Notes: generated by a model not told the origin, from the letters alone. A stretch of DNA of 64,000 nucleotides from Oribacterium sp. UBA5894 (GCA_002431355.1 DJEQ01000041.1:35258-99257); one strand, 5' to 3'; positions 49,266 through 59,540 are shown, numbered from the stretch's first letter. Translations and numbers: made by a program.

Positions 49266-52200
49266 TTATCCCTTTGACAGAAGCTCATCAAATTCAGAAA
49301 GCGTCATGATGATCTTCCGCGGCTTCGTTCCCTCTTCCGGGCCGACCACACCGGCCTCCGCCAGCTGGTCCATGATGCGCGCTGCCCGGTTAAATCCGAT
49401 GCGGAACTTTCGCTGCAGCATGCCAATCGACGCTTTTTCTGTTTCGATAATCAGCTGTCCGGCTTCCGTAAAGAGCTCATCACGATTTCCGGCACCACTG
49501 CTTCCGCCCTCACTGCTCGTACCGGACTGTACCTGTGCCTGTATGCTTTCACTGTATTCCACCTCGCCCATTTCCTTCTTGATGAAATCGACGACGTCTG
49601 AAACCTCCTGGTCAGAGACAAACGCGCCCTGCACACGAACAGGCTTCGGAATTCCCTGTGGGAAGAAGAGCATATCGCCCTTTCCCAGCAGCTTCTCTGC
49701 ACCGTTCATATCGATGATGGTACGGCTGTCGGTTCCAGACGAAACGGCAAAGGCGATACGGCTCGGAACATTGGCCTTAATAAGGCCCGTGATCACATCC
49801 ACCGTCGGACGCTGGGTTGCAATCACCAGATGCATACCTGCCGCCCGGGCCAGCTGTGCAATCCGGCAGATGGCATCCTCGACCTCCTGGCTGGAGACCA
49901 TCATGAGATCGGCAAGCTCGTCAATGATAATCACGATCTGCGGAAGCTTTTCCGGCTTCTGATCCTCCGGGATCTCCGGGTCATTCCGCACCGCCATGAT
50001 CTTTTCATTGTAGCCCTTCAGATCACGGGAGCCGCTTTCCGCGAATTTCTTATAACGATCCGTCATTTCAGCCACGGCCCAGTTCAGTGCCGAAGCCGCC
50101 TTCTTCGGATCCGTCACGACCGGAATCAGAAGATGCGGAATGCCGTTATAAACGGAGAGCTCAACTACCTTCGGATCGATCATGATCATACGTACATCCT
50201 CTGGCTTATATTTAAAGAGCAGTGACATGATCAGCGTATTGATGCACACGGACTTACCAGAGCCGGTCGCACCTGCAATCAGAAGATGTGGCATCTTCGC
50301 AATGTCGGTGACGATGGTTTTTCCGGCAATATCCTTTCCGACACCGAACGCAAGCTTGGCCTTCGCTCCCTGGAATTCTCCGCTGCCCAGCACATCGCCC
50401 AGGAAGACCGTGGCGCCATGCTTATTCGGCACCTCGATGCCCACGGCCGATTTTCCGGGAATCGGTGCCTCAATGCGAATGTCTGCTGCGGCAAGCCGCA
50501 TCTTGATGTCATTCGTCAGCGATACAATCTTGGAAACCTTTACACCAATTTCCGGCTGAAGCTCGTACCGTGTAACGGCCGGTCCGATGGAGATGTTCGT
50601 AATGGTGACATTGACACCAAAGCTTTTCAGTGTTTCCTGCAGTGTGATGGCATTCTGACGGATTTCCTCACGGGTATCGAGGTCCTGCCGTACAGGCTTC
50701 TGAAGAAGGCTGAGCGGCGGAATTACATAAGGCTTCTGGACCTTCTTCTTTTCGAGAATTTCCTGCTGCAGCTGCGCATTATCCGCCTCCGTCGGTGTAT
50801 TTTCCTTTTTCTCACGATCCAGCTGAGATTCGATTTTCTTTTTGACCGGTTCTACGTCGGCATCGATGACCTGTCCGTTCGATGCTACAATGTGCCGTGT
50901 TCCCTGCTCCATATCACCGCGCCCAATCGTGGCAACCCCGGATGTCGAAATCTGTACCTCCGAATCTCCCTGATAGGCTTCTTCCATCCGTGGCGCAGCT
51001 GAAGCTTCATCTGCTTCAGCGGATACAGGCGTCCTGTCGGAAACGTTGACGCTTGCTGGCACCTCTTCATAAGGAAGCACATCCGACAGCTCGTCCGATG
51101 AAGCTGTGCTGTAAGTCTGTTCGGAACCTGCGGTATCCGCCTTCTCCGTTGACGCAGCAGGCACTGCTTTTTTTCCATTGATCAACGGAAGGTCCACTGT
51201 ATTCGCCGCATATTCATCTGGCCCCAGAAGATCATCGAGTCCCTCGATGGTTGGTTCGGTATGAAGCATTCCCGTTGTCATCGGCTCTGCGGTCGAAAGC
51301 GGTTCCTCGGTCGTTACCGGTCCTTCCTGCACGACTTCACAGGGCGCACTGTCTTCGAGATCAGGAATCGTAAACATACGATCCGGTGATTTCGGCTTTA
51401 CAGAAAGCTCGGAATTCTGGGAAGGTACTGCTGATTTCGTGCTCTTTCCATTGAGTGGAAGTGAAATTTCCTGCGCATCGGACGAAAGACCATCGGACTG
51501 CAAAGGCGAAGCCGAACGAAGGTCCTGAAGCGCCTGATTCGATGAGAGATCGGTCGCACGGAGATCGATGCCCAGCTTCCGTGCTCGCAGCTCCTCTTCT
51601 TTTGCAAGTCGCCGCTCCTCCCGATGAATTCGTGCCGACTCCGTCACCTGAGAAAGATCTTCCCGTGCGCGTGCCCTTGCGTGGGAGGCTGCCTGCGCAG
51701 AACGCTTCGCCAGCATGCGTGCGAGAGGCTTTCCAGTCGTATAAATAAGACAGATGAAGGAGGCAACGATCAGTATCAGTGCCGCTCCTACGGTCCCTGC
51801 CATCGTATGCAGGACCATAGCCAGCGCGCCTCCGATGATGCCACCTCCCAGGCCTTCCTCGGCTCCCTCGCGGTAAAAGTCCATCAGGGTCATGTTCTGT
51901 ACACCACCGCGCGTAAAGAGCTGTAACAGTGCGGATAAGAAAATCAGCATGAACAGTGCCGAGGTCATCCGCAGCGTTGCATGTGGGTTATCAATGTTTG
52001 AAAGAATAAAGGCCACCACAAAGCTTAAAACGATGGGAAACAGATAACCAAGTATGCCAAAAAGGCCGAGCTGTACGGCCTTCAGCGCAGCGCCAATCGG
52101 TCCGCAAAGACCGACATTGGACAGAAACAGGAAGATCGACACGGCAAAGGTGATGATCACTGCCGCCTCGTCGCCCATCAGCGGTGCATCGTACTCCTGT

Positions 52201-52274
52201 GCCTTTCCTGTCGACTTTGCCTTCGTTGTGCCTGTCGTTTTTGTTTTATTTTTGCTTCCCTTTGGTCTACCCAT
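49266..52274 (-). CDS. ftsK: DNA translocase FtsK/SpoIIIE
   Basis: N-terminal TM domain, long linker, GATGSGKS and DELADLM motifs, gamma domain [14 protein letters not shown]. Confidence 0.95.
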   Translation of the reverse strand: MGRPKGSKNKTKTTGTTKAKSTGKAQEYDAPLMGDEAAVIITFAVSIFLFLSNVGLCGPIGAALKAVQLGLFGILGYLFPIVLSFVVAFILSNIDNPHATLRMTSALFMLIFLSALLQLFTRGGVQNMTLMDFYREGAEEGLGGGIIGGALAMVLHTMAGTVGAALILIVASFICLIYTTGKPLARMLAKRSAQAASHARARAREDLSQVTESARIHREERRLAKEEELRARKLGIDLRATDLSSNQALQDLRSASPLQSDGLSSDAQEISLPLNGKSTKSAVPSQNSELSVKPKSPDRMFTIPDLEDSAPCEVVQEGPVTTEEPLSTAEPMTTGMLHTEPTIEGLDDLLGPDEYAANTVDLPLINGKKAVPAASTEKADTAGSEQTYSTASSDELSDVLPYEEVPASVNVSDRTPVSAEADEASAAPRMEEAYQGDSEVQISTSGVATIGRGDMEQGTRHIVASNGQVIDADVEPVKKKIESQLDREKKENTPTEADNAQLQQEILEKKKVQKPYVIPPLSLLQKPVRQDLDTREEIRQNAITLQETLKSFGVNVTITNISIGPAVTRYELQPEIGVKVSKIVSLTNDIKMRLAAADIRIEAPIPGKSAVGIEVPNKHGATVFLGDVLGSGEFQGAKAKLAFGVGKDIAGKTIVTDIAKMPHLLIAGATGSGKSVCINTLIMSLLFKYKPEDVRMIMIDPKVVELSVYNGIPHLLIPVVTDPKKAASALNWAVAEMTDRYKKFAESGSRDLKGYNEKIMAVRNDPEIPEDQKPEKLPQIVIIIDELADLMMVSSQEVEDAICRIAQLARAAGMHLVIATQRPTVDVITGLIKANVPSRIAFAVSSGTDSRTIIDMNGAEKLLGKGDMLFFPQGIPKPVRVQGAFVSDQEVSDVVDFIKKEMGEVEYSESIQAQVQSGTSSEGGSSGAGNRDELFTEAGQLIIETEKASIGMLQRKFRIGFNRAARIMDQLAEAGVVGPEEGTKPRKIIMTLSEFDELLSKG

Positions 52275-52423
52275 GTTTCCTCACTTACTTCAATATTAAA
52301 ATGAACCTAGCCATTATACTCTAAACAACGTACAAAATCCATAAGGAAAACAGATGTTCGGAAAGGCCATTTCGTTTTCTTCCTCGATCTCGTGTACCGG
52401 AACTTTTAGGCACCTGTCCATGC

Positions 52424-53740
52424 TCAGAGCAGCGCATCTCGGAAGGCCTCCGGTCGGAAGCGATAATAGTGGGAAGGACGTCCCTGCCGTGGCGCCATAG
52501 GATTCTTTCCCTTTTCCTCGAGCTGAATCAGATCCAGCTCATAAAGCTTCGCCAGGATACGACTTGCAGAGCGCATCGTAATACCCAGCTTTTCTGAAAG
52601 CGTATGCGAGCTGATGAGCTCATCATCATCCTGCTCATAGATGCTGATGAGCTTCAGAATATTGGTTTCATTGATGCCGTTTTCCCTTGCAAAGCGAAGT
52701 GCCTTTTCATTGGAATAGTTGTACATCAGCTGATTATCGGCACTGAGTGGTCCTGTAATCTTATCCTCTTCGTCCATAAAGAAGGCATCATTACGTCCAT
52801 AGCGATCCGCCTCCATGAGTGCATGCTCCGCGAAATAGCGTGATCTCTCCAGCGTCGGACTCACACCTGCGCCTATACGGAACGGGAAATTCAGATCCTT
52901 CTTCAGGGTCAGGAGGAGGGTTCGCAGTGTGTTGAGCTGCGATGCGCCGCTCGGAACCTGTACATGAATTTCAAACTGATTAAAGCCCTGTGAAATGGAA
53001 AAATGAAGATGGTTTACCTTTCGATAATCGGCCAGGAGCTTATACACGGTCGCTTCCCGATACTCCTGCTCCTCCTGCTCGACATCCTCATCAAATGGAA
53101 GACGCATCAGAATACTGAGCTCATCCTTCATCTTCATCGTGTCGAGGCGAAGCTCATTGAGCGCTGAACGAATGGACTTGACAATCATTTCTTCCGACGG
53201 AAAAACCGCCACATATGGAATATGCAGCTCATCGAGGCGGGCAAGATTATTAATGGATCGGGACAGAATGAGGTCAATCTTTCCCTCATCCCACAGACGC
53301 TTCGCATATGCCGTGATATGACGATAATCATAGTGCGTATCCTCGAAAAAGTAGGGACAGTTCTCCTTTCGAAGATACTGCGGAACCTGCATATAGTGAT
53401 TCGTTGTGGTCAGAAAGTCACAGAACACCCGATTCAGGGATGTTTCCGGATGATCAATCTGAAACTGTAAAAGAATCGATAATACATCGATGGGTTCATA
53501 CGCCGTAAAGGTACACGGAATACGATTATCTGGAAATTTATGCTTTATATAATGATAGCCGAGCTCGCCAGAGAAAAAAATGACATCGCACTTTCCCTTC
53601 AGATCCTGATAGATGGCATCGATATCGCTCATTTTACGATAAATGTACTGATAGAACTGACAGCCGAAATCATGCTCTGCGATTACCTTTTCTACCGGCT
53701 CCAGGGAATGGTCCGGGCTTACGATGGCAACATTAATCAT
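52424..53740 (-). CDS. Putative transcriptional regulator (sensor domain plus C-terminal winged HTH)
   Basis: C-terminal LSEKLGITMRSASRILAKL...GRPSHYY; central IGAGVS..A..AL segment resembling a degenerate GGDEF-like fold. Confidence 0.65.
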   Translation of the reverse strand: MINVAIVSPDHSLEPVEKVIAEHDFGCQFYQYIYRKMSDIDAIYQDLKGKCDVIFFSGELGYHYIKHKFPDNRIPCTFTAYEPIDVLSILLQFQIDHPETSLNRVFCDFLTTTNHYMQVPQYLRKENCPYFFEDTHYDYRHITAYAKRLWDEGKIDLILSRSINNLARLDELHIPYVAVFPSEEMIVKSIRSALNELRLDTMKMKDELSILMRLPFDEDVEQEEQEYREATVYKLLADYRKVNHLHFSISQGFNQFEIHVQVPSGASQLNTLRTLLLTLKKDLNFPFRIGAGVSPTLERSRYFAEHALMEADRYGRNDAFFMDEEDKITGPLSADNQLMYNYSNEKALRFARENGINETNILKLISIYEQDDDELISSHTLSEKLGITMRSASRILAKLYELDLIQLEEKGKNPMAPRQGRPSHYYRFRPEAFRDALL

Positions 53741-53818
53741 ACCTTCCCCCATATTTTCTGCTGCTGCAGATGTTCTGAAACACAGGGCAGCTAAATTAAG
53801 ACACACGTCTTTATTTGC

Positions 53819-53847
53819 AGATTAGCACCAGCAAAAAGGAAAGTCAA
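53819..53847 (-). promoter_or_regulatory. Regulator-gene promoter with downstream palindrome
   Basis: TTGACT-17 bp-TAATCT (TG extended); AAAT.AAGAC-N4-GTCTT.ATTT at 53793-53816. Confidence 0.55.
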
Positions 53848-53850
53848 TTC

Positions 53851-53886
53851 AAAAAGAAGACGCTCCTCCTCAGAAGAACGTCTTCT
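53851..53886 (-). terminator. Terminator after the YczE-like gene
   Basis: AGAAGACG...CGTCTTCT stem followed by a T-run. Confidence 0.75.
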
Positions 53887-53911
53887 CCATGCCCTTTTTA
53901 CGCCCCGTTCC

Positions 53912-54526
53912 TTACCGTATCCATTTTCTCGAAAAATGAACATCAAAGAAGGAAATAAACGGCCCAAGTCCGAAGGCACAGACCAGCGTTCCGAGGCCAA
54001 TGAGTCCACCCAGAAGGAAGGTCAGAAGGGCCGTCAGTGCATCCGTGAAAATACGACATCCAAAGTACGGAAACGAGCTATGATCCGTGATGCCGATGGA
54101 CAGGTAGTCATACGGCGCAATGCCCAGATTAGCTGTCTGATACATGGAGCAGCCCAGGGAAGTGACCAGAACACCAATCATCACAAAGAGAAGCTGTGCC
54201 GGGAACGATGTCGTTACGCCAAAGATCGCTTCGATGTGCTGGTAGAAAAAGGTGACAATATACCCCACCGCAACCCAGTTAAAGAAGGTGCCGAGGCCAA
54301 TGTACTTTCTGCCCCAGATGATTTCCGCGGCAAAGAACAGTGTGTTTGCCATCAGATTCATGCGTCCGAGAGAAATGCCCAGCAGCTCGGACATCCGAAG
54401 GTTCAGTGCCGTGATGGAGTCATTGCCGAGGCCCGACTGCTTAAAGAACGCAATCCCGAGGGAAATAACGACACAGCCAAGCAGCATTCCAAGGATGCGG
54501 TTTACAGATACGTGTTTTGTTATCAT
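53912..54526 (-). CDS. YczE/YyaS/YitT-family membrane protein
   Basis: Duplicated GLG.D / IGLGT halves; ANLGIAPYD motif. Confidence 0.8.
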   Translation of the reverse strand: MITKHVSVNRILGMLLGCVVISLGIAFFKQSGLGNDSITALNLRMSELLGISLGRMNLMANTLFFAAEIIWGRKYIGLGTFFNWVAVGYIVTFFYQHIEAIFGVTTSFPAQLLFVMIGVLVTSLGCSMYQTANLGIAPYDYLSIGITDHSSFPYFGCRIFTDALTALLTFLLGGLIGLGTLVCAFGLGPFISFFDVHFSRKWIR

Positions 54527-54529
54527 CTT

Positions 54530-56188
54530 TTAATCTCCAATCACATTGCGAATCGCCACAGGCGTACGATAGTTCCAGCGGTAAATACGGATTCCAGAGC
54601 GTGTGGAAGCGGCATTGACCACCTGCCCATTTCCAATGTACATGCCGACATGATTGATGGTTCCCCGCCGGTTCGCATAGAAAATAAGGTCTCCTGGACG
54701 CATGTCCGCGCTCGTCACCTTTTTCCCCGTGCGTGCCTGATCACGGGAAACACGAGGAATCGAAATACCAAAGTTTTTCAGTACCGACTGCGTAAAGCCA
54801 GAGCAGTCGCAGCCATGCGTGAGCGAGGTTCCGCCCCATACATAACGGTTTCCCACAAACTGGCAGGCAAAGTTTACGATCTTATTTCGGAAGGCCATTG
54901 CAGCGTTGGCTGCCTCCACTGCAGGATAATATTCAATGGCCTGCTGCAGTGCATACTGTACGGTCACATTGTTGTCCCGTGTGGAGACATAGGCGCCCTG
55001 CTCTTCATTATCATCATCACCGGCATCCAGCTCAAGCTGTACCCATCCATCCAGCTGATTCAGAACATTGTAGCGCTGACCCGAGGTCACCGCCGTCCAC
55101 GCCTTCGAATCCGTCGAGGCTTCCGAACGTACATTGAGGGATTCGGTATTGACGATGGCCATTACCTGTGCATGCTGCAGTGCCAGATTCTGTGCCGTCT
55201 CCCCTGTTGCAAGCAGATCCTTTCGTACATAGCCCGTGACGCTGCCCGACTGGATTTTATACCAGCCCTCTTCTTCTCCAAGAATATTGCAGCCAGCATA
55301 GCCTGGAAGCTTTCCGACAATGTTCTGGATGCCATCCTCCTTCGGAGAAGAACGGACATTAATGTAATCGCTCGCGAGTGATACGCCGAGATGATCGTAC
55401 ATATTCAGTACCTTCGCCCGAAGATTCAGCGTTCTTGCCTCATCCAGTCCATAGTCAATGTCTACATAGGCAGGATCGGCGGACATATAGCAGGTATCGA
55501 TGGTATCAATGTTGTCTGGTGCGATCTTGATCCAGCTCTGCCCTTGACGCTCCAGGACCTGATACTTTTCTCCCTTTGCGGCTGATCCAACCGTATTGCC
55601 GTCCTCGATGGACGGGCTTCTACGCATGCGAAGATGATCCGTAAGGACCGTGGCACGGGCACGGATCAGACCAGGAACCATCGCTTTCGCCTGCTCTCCT
55701 GTGAGAAGAAACTTCTTCGAAACATATCCATCCATACCGCCCGACTGTACATGGGCCCAGCCCTCATAGCCCTCCGGATCCAGTTCTACAATATTAACGG
55801 CTGCACCATTTGACAGCTCCCCCATGATATTCGTAAGATCATTCTGATTCGGTGCCGAGCGAAAATTAATATAGCTGTCGCACTGTACGATGCCCAGATT
55901 TGAATACTGTGAAAGAACGCGCTGGACCGTATCCGCCTTCAGCTGGTCCGTCAGCTTCTGTATCTCCGATGCGGTTGCAAAGGAAGCTCCGGACGTCTCC
56001 GCGACGATGGAAGCACTGGACTTCTCCATCTCCGGCTCTACGGTATTCTCCGAAGGGAAATGCTGCATTCCTACGGCAGCAAGGATCATAAGGAGCAGTA
56101 TGCCACACACCCCCAGTGAAGCCTTCAGTTTCCTTCGCTCAGGCTCAGAAAGCTCCCTTCGTACAAGTTTTATCTTCGGTTTTTCCAT
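54530..56188 (-). CDS. Membrane-anchored peptidoglycan endopeptidase: four SH3b domains plus NlpC/P60
   Basis: Four LNVRS-type SH3b motifs; YVWGG..DCSGF...HVGMY. Confidence 0.9.
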   Translation of the reverse strand: MEKPKIKLVRRELSEPERRKLKASLGVCGILLLMILAAVGMQHFPSENTVEPEMEKSSASIVAETSGASFATASEIQKLTDQLKADTVQRVLSQYSNLGIVQCDSYINFRSAPNQNDLTNIMGELSNGAAVNIVELDPEGYEGWAHVQSGGMDGYVSKKFLLTGEQAKAMVPGLIRARATVLTDHLRMRRSPSIEDGNTVGSAAKGEKYQVLERQGQSWIKIAPDNIDTIDTCYMSADPAYVDIDYGLDEARTLNLRAKVLNMYDHLGVSLASDYINVRSSPKEDGIQNIVGKLPGYAGCNILGEEEGWYKIQSGSVTGYVRKDLLATGETAQNLALQHAQVMAIVNTESLNVRSEASTDSKAWTAVTSGQRYNVLNQLDGWVQLELDAGDDDNEEQGAYVSTRDNNVTVQYALQQAIEYYPAVEAANAAMAFRNKIVNFACQFVGNRYVWGGTSLTHGCDCSGFTQSVLKNFGISIPRVSRDQARTGKKVTSADMRPGDLIFYANRRGTINHVGMYIGNGQVVNAASTRSGIRIYRWNYRTPVAIRNVIGD

Positions 56189-56334
56189 AAAAAATGTCCC
56201 TGTCTATAAGCTGAAAATCATAAGCATTATAGCACAGGGACCTGTATTTTACATTTCCTTTTTCTCTAACGGACAGCACCTTCCGTTCCGAGCGCCTTTT
56301 CTTCTGACGTAAGGAGAAGCCGATCTCCCACGGC

Positions 56335-57132
56335 TTAACGCGCCAGCATCATACGGTCGTTTGAGAATGTACCGCCGGAGGCCTCTTCAAACTTCTGAAG
56401 AAGATTTTCAACCGTCAGCTTCTTTTTCTCTTCTCCCGAGACATCATAGATGATTTTTCCATTATCCATCATGATAAGGCGATTCCCAATACGGATGGCA
56501 TCGTTCATATTGTGGGTAACCATGAGCGCAGTCAGTTGGTTTTCCTCAACGATTTCCTCCGTGAGCCTGAGTACCTTTGATGCTGTCTTCGGATCCAGTG
56601 CGGCCGTATGCTCATCAAGCAGAAGAAGCTGTGGGCGCTTGAGCGTCGCCATAAGGAGTGTCAGCGCCTGACGCTGACCACCGGAAAGGAGGCCGACCTT
56701 ACTGGTCATTCGACTCTGCAAGCCAAGTCCCAGGCGCTCCAGTGCATCCCGATAGAACTCCCGCTCCTTCGGTGTTACCGCCCAGCGGAGTCGCCGACGC
56801 TCTCCTCTTCGAAAGGCGAGTGCCATGTTCTCTTCAATCTGCATGTCGGCTGCGGTTCCCTTCATCGGGTCCTGAAAAACACGGCCGATGTACTTCGCCC
56901 GTTTATATTCCGGCTGCTTCGTAATATTGACGCCATCAATTTCAATGATACCGGAATCGACCGGATAAGCACCCGCAATCATATTGAGAAGCGTCGACTT
57001 TCCTGCGCCGTTGCCACCGATAATCGTCACAAAATCGCCATCCTGCAGGGTTAAATTAATGCCGCGCAGTGCCTTTTTTTCATTGACCGTTCCCTTGTTA
57101 AAGGTTTTCCGTACGTTTTTTATGATCAGCAT
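56335..57132 (-). CDS. ABC ATPase (COG1101 family)
   Basis: GGNGAGKS, FQDP, LSGGQRQ and DEHTAALDP motifs. Confidence 0.92.
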   Translation of the reverse strand: MLIIKNVRKTFNKGTVNEKKALRGINLTLQDGDFVTIIGGNGAGKSTLLNMIAGAYPVDSGIIEIDGVNITKQPEYKRAKYIGRVFQDPMKGTAADMQIEENMALAFRRGERRRLRWAVTPKEREFYRDALERLGLGLQSRMTSKVGLLSGGQRQALTLLMATLKRPQLLLLDEHTAALDPKTASKVLRLTEEIVEENQLTALMVTHNMNDAIRIGNRLIMMDNGKIIYDVSGEEKKKLTVENLLQKFEEASGGTFSNDRMMLAR

Positions 57133-57135
57133 GGC

Positions 57136-58089
57136 TTATGCCTCCTTCTTTTCGATTTCAGCAGCGTCTTCCTCATCCTCAGATACGCTCTCGCGATAGC
57201 CCATCTTCTCCTTATATTTCTGCATTGCTACAGGAACACAAAGCGCCAGGGCCACAATAATGGCAGAAAGAAGCTTCATATCGTTTGCCTTCATGCCCAG
57301 GCGAAGAACAATGGCACGAATCAGGAAATAGATGACACAGCCGATCACCGAGGCACTGAGCTTCATGGCGAAATTTCTCGACCGTGAGAAAATGACTTCA
57401 CCAATCACGATGGAGGCAAGACCGATAACGATGGCACCGGTACCCATGCCGACATCTGCATATTTCGTAGACTGGCAGACCAGTGCACCCGAAAGTCCGC
57501 ACAGCACGTTTGCAAGGACTAGTCCGAGGAGCTTTGCATGATTGGTATCCACGCCCAGCGCCCGGATCATATCTTCATTGTTACCGGTGGCCCGAAGTGC
57601 AGCACCAAGCTCCGTACCGAAAAACCAGTATAAAATAGAAACCAGTGCGACTGCCACAATCAGTCCGACGATCAGCGTCGCCTGCGACTGGGTAATACCG
57701 AGTCGGTCTACCCAGAAGGTAATATCCGATGCAATTTTATTAATGGACTGGTTCGATTTATCTGCCATGATACGAAGATTAATGGACCAGAGCGAAATCT
57801 GTGTGAGAATTCCTGCAAGAATCGCCGGAATGCCGAAGAAGGTATGCAGAACACCCGTGACGGCGCCCGCTACACCACCGGCAAGTGCACCACAGAAAAG
57901 AGCGATCGTCGGATCCACTCCCTTGATCATCAGCATGGCGCATACGCAGCCGCCAAGCGCAAAGGATCCATCGGTGGTCATATCTGCGATGTCCAGTAAT
58001 TTAAACGTGATATAGACGCCGAGTACCATCATGGACCAGATCAGGCCCTGTGAAACTGCGCCCAGTAGGGAAGTAAGTAAACCGCTCAT
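57136..58089 (-). CDS. ABC permease (COG4120 family)
   Basis: DMTTDGSF, LRATGNN and GLASIVIGE motifs. Confidence 0.9.
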   Translation of the reverse strand: MSGLLTSLLGAVSQGLIWSMMVLGVYITFKLLDIADMTTDGSFALGGCVCAMLMIKGVDPTIALFCGALAGGVAGAVTGVLHTFFGIPAILAGILTQISLWSINLRIMADKSNQSINKIASDITFWVDRLGITQSQATLIVGLIVAVALVSILYWFFGTELGAALRATGNNEDMIRALGVDTNHAKLLGLVLANVLCGLSGALVCQSTKYADVGMGTGAIVIGLASIVIGEVIFSRSRNFAMKLSASVIGCVIYFLIRAIVLRLGMKANDMKLLSAIIVALALCVPVAMQKYKEKMGYRESVSEDEEDAAEIEKKEA

Positions 58090-58200
58090 GAGGTTCCTCC
58101 TGAAATTGAAAATAAGATTGTATCACCGCTTCAAGCATCTCCCAGGCTGCCTTCCTATTCTGTCGCATAGACGCTTTAAAGTGTTGATACAACCTTCCAT

Positions 58201-58229
58201 ATCATAAGACTTCAGTGCGTTAAAGTCAA
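58201..58229 (-). promoter_or_regulatory. Permease/ATPase promoter overlapped by a HisR-type operator
   Basis: TTGACT-17 bp-TATGAT; palindrome GACTTCA-N6-TAAAGTC at 58208-58227. Confidence 0.65.
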
Positions 58230-58239
58230 CCAGGATCGC

Positions 58240-58268
58240 AAAAGGGGTGAGGCTTCCGCCCCACCCCT
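58240..58268 (-). terminator. Terminator after the substrate-binding protein gene
   Basis: AGGGGTGGGGC-GGAA-GCCTCACCCCT followed by a short T-run. Confidence 0.65.
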
Positions 58269-58327
58269 GGTTTTTAATGATCTGACTTCTGCAAGCCTTT
58301 TCGTTGAAAGAAATCGAACGAAACAGT

Positions 58328-59377
58328 TTACTTGGTCACAGAAGAAACATCGACACCCAGAAGATCTGCTGTCTCCTGATTTACCGTAATCTCGCACTTG
58401 TCTGCGCTCAGGTATCCGATCGGGATATCGGCCGGGTTCTTTCCATCCTTCAGGATTTCTACAGCCTGCTCACCTGCCATGTAGCCAAGCTGATAGTAGT
58501 CGATACCATAGGTGGCAAGGCCGCCCTCATTGACCATGTTCGGCTCACCGCAGATAACCGGAATCTTATTGTCGTTTGCCACAGAGGCAACGGTTGCCAT
58601 ACCAGCCGCAATGGTATTATCGGTTGGTGCATAAATGGCATCAACCTTTCCAACCATCGACTCTACCACGGTCTGAATCTCATTCGAGCTGGAGACGGTA
58701 TAGTCTGCATGTGCAAGACCAGCCTTGTCACAGGCCTCTCTCGCCATCTCTGCCTGAATTTCAGAGTTTGACTCTGCTGTACAGAACAGAATACCTACAG
58801 ACTTGGCATCTGGAAGCAGCTTCTGCAGAAGATCGATCTGCTCGTTCACGGGTGTCAGATCCGACATACCGGTTACATTTCCACCAGGAGCATCATTCGA
58901 TGCCACAAGACCAGACTCTGCAGGATCCGTAACGGCTGAAAGTACGATCGGAATGGTGGTGGTTGCAGCAGAGGCTGCCTGCGCTGCCGGAGTGGCAATC
59001 GCATAGATCAGGTCATCTCCATCATTCACAAACTTTTCAGAAATGGTCTGGCAGGCGGACTGCTCACCAGATGCATTCTGCTGATCAATCTCATAAGAAA
59101 TACCGGAATCATCCAGTGCCTTTACGAAGCCTTCATTGGCCTTATCAAGAGCCGCATGCTGTACAAGCTGAAGCACACCGATCTTATAGGTTTTTCCATC
59201 CTCCGCAGCAGCTGCGGTGGTTTCTTCACCAGCCGCCGTTGTTTCTGCAGCTGCGGCCGTTGTATCGGCGGGTGCTGCCGTCGTGCTCTGGGTTGAGCCT
59301 GATCCACATGCGGTCAGGGATGCCACAGCCATCATGGCAGCCATGGAAAGTGCTGTAAATCTGTTCATTTTTTTCAT
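58328..59377 (-). CDS. ABC substrate-binding lipoprotein (COG2984, TrpX-like; possibly histidine-binding)
   Basis: LTAC lipobox, Thr/Ala linker; QHAALD, IATPAAQ, NVTGMSD and PTDN motifs. Confidence 0.9.
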   Translation of the reverse strand: MKKMNRFTALSMAAMMAVASLTACGSGSTQSTTAAPADTTAAAAETTAAGEETTAAAAEDGKTYKIGVLQLVQHAALDKANEGFVKALDDSGISYEIDQQNASGEQSACQTISEKFVNDGDDLIYAIATPAAQAASAATTTIPIVLSAVTDPAESGLVASNDAPGGNVTGMSDLTPVNEQIDLLQKLLPDAKSVGILFCTAESNSEIQAEMAREACDKAGLAHADYTVSSSNEIQTVVESMVGKVDAIYAPTDNTIAAGMATVASVANDNKIPVICGEPNMVNEGGLATYGIDYYQLGYMAGEQAVEILKDGKNPADIPIGYLSADKCEITVNQETADLLGVDVSSVTK

Positions 59378-59423
59378 GATACTCTCTCCTCTTTTCATCC
59401 TGTTTTTCTCTTTAAGGTGCCGT

Positions 59424-59443
59424 GACTTTAACGCTTTAAAGTG
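59424..59443. promoter_or_regulatory. HisR (YerC/TrpR-family)-type operator
   Basis: GACTTTA-ACGCTT-TAAAGTG, just downstream of the minus-strand promoter TTGCAT-16 bp-TATAAT (59460-59487). Confidence 0.65.
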
Positions 59444-59500
59444 GATGAGTTATGGTTGTATTATAGCGCGTATTTCATGAAATGCAAGAACGAATTATAG

Positions 59501-59527
59501 AAAAAGCCGTGGCTATAGCCACGGCTT
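59501..59527 (-). terminator. Terminator after the COG0523 operon
   Basis: AAGCCGTGGC-TATA-GCCACGGCTT followed by a T-run. Confidence 0.8.
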
Positions 59528-59540
59528 ATATCTCGTATAA

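Noticed and set aside
53936..55381. 481 aa plus-strand ORF
   Set aside because: Antisense shadow of the NlpC/P60 and YczE genes; no domain signal.
56188..56335. c-di-AMP (ydaO) riboswitch expected before a cell-wall hydrolase
   Set aside because: No ydaO consensus is visible, and the local promoter leaves only about 30 nt of leader.
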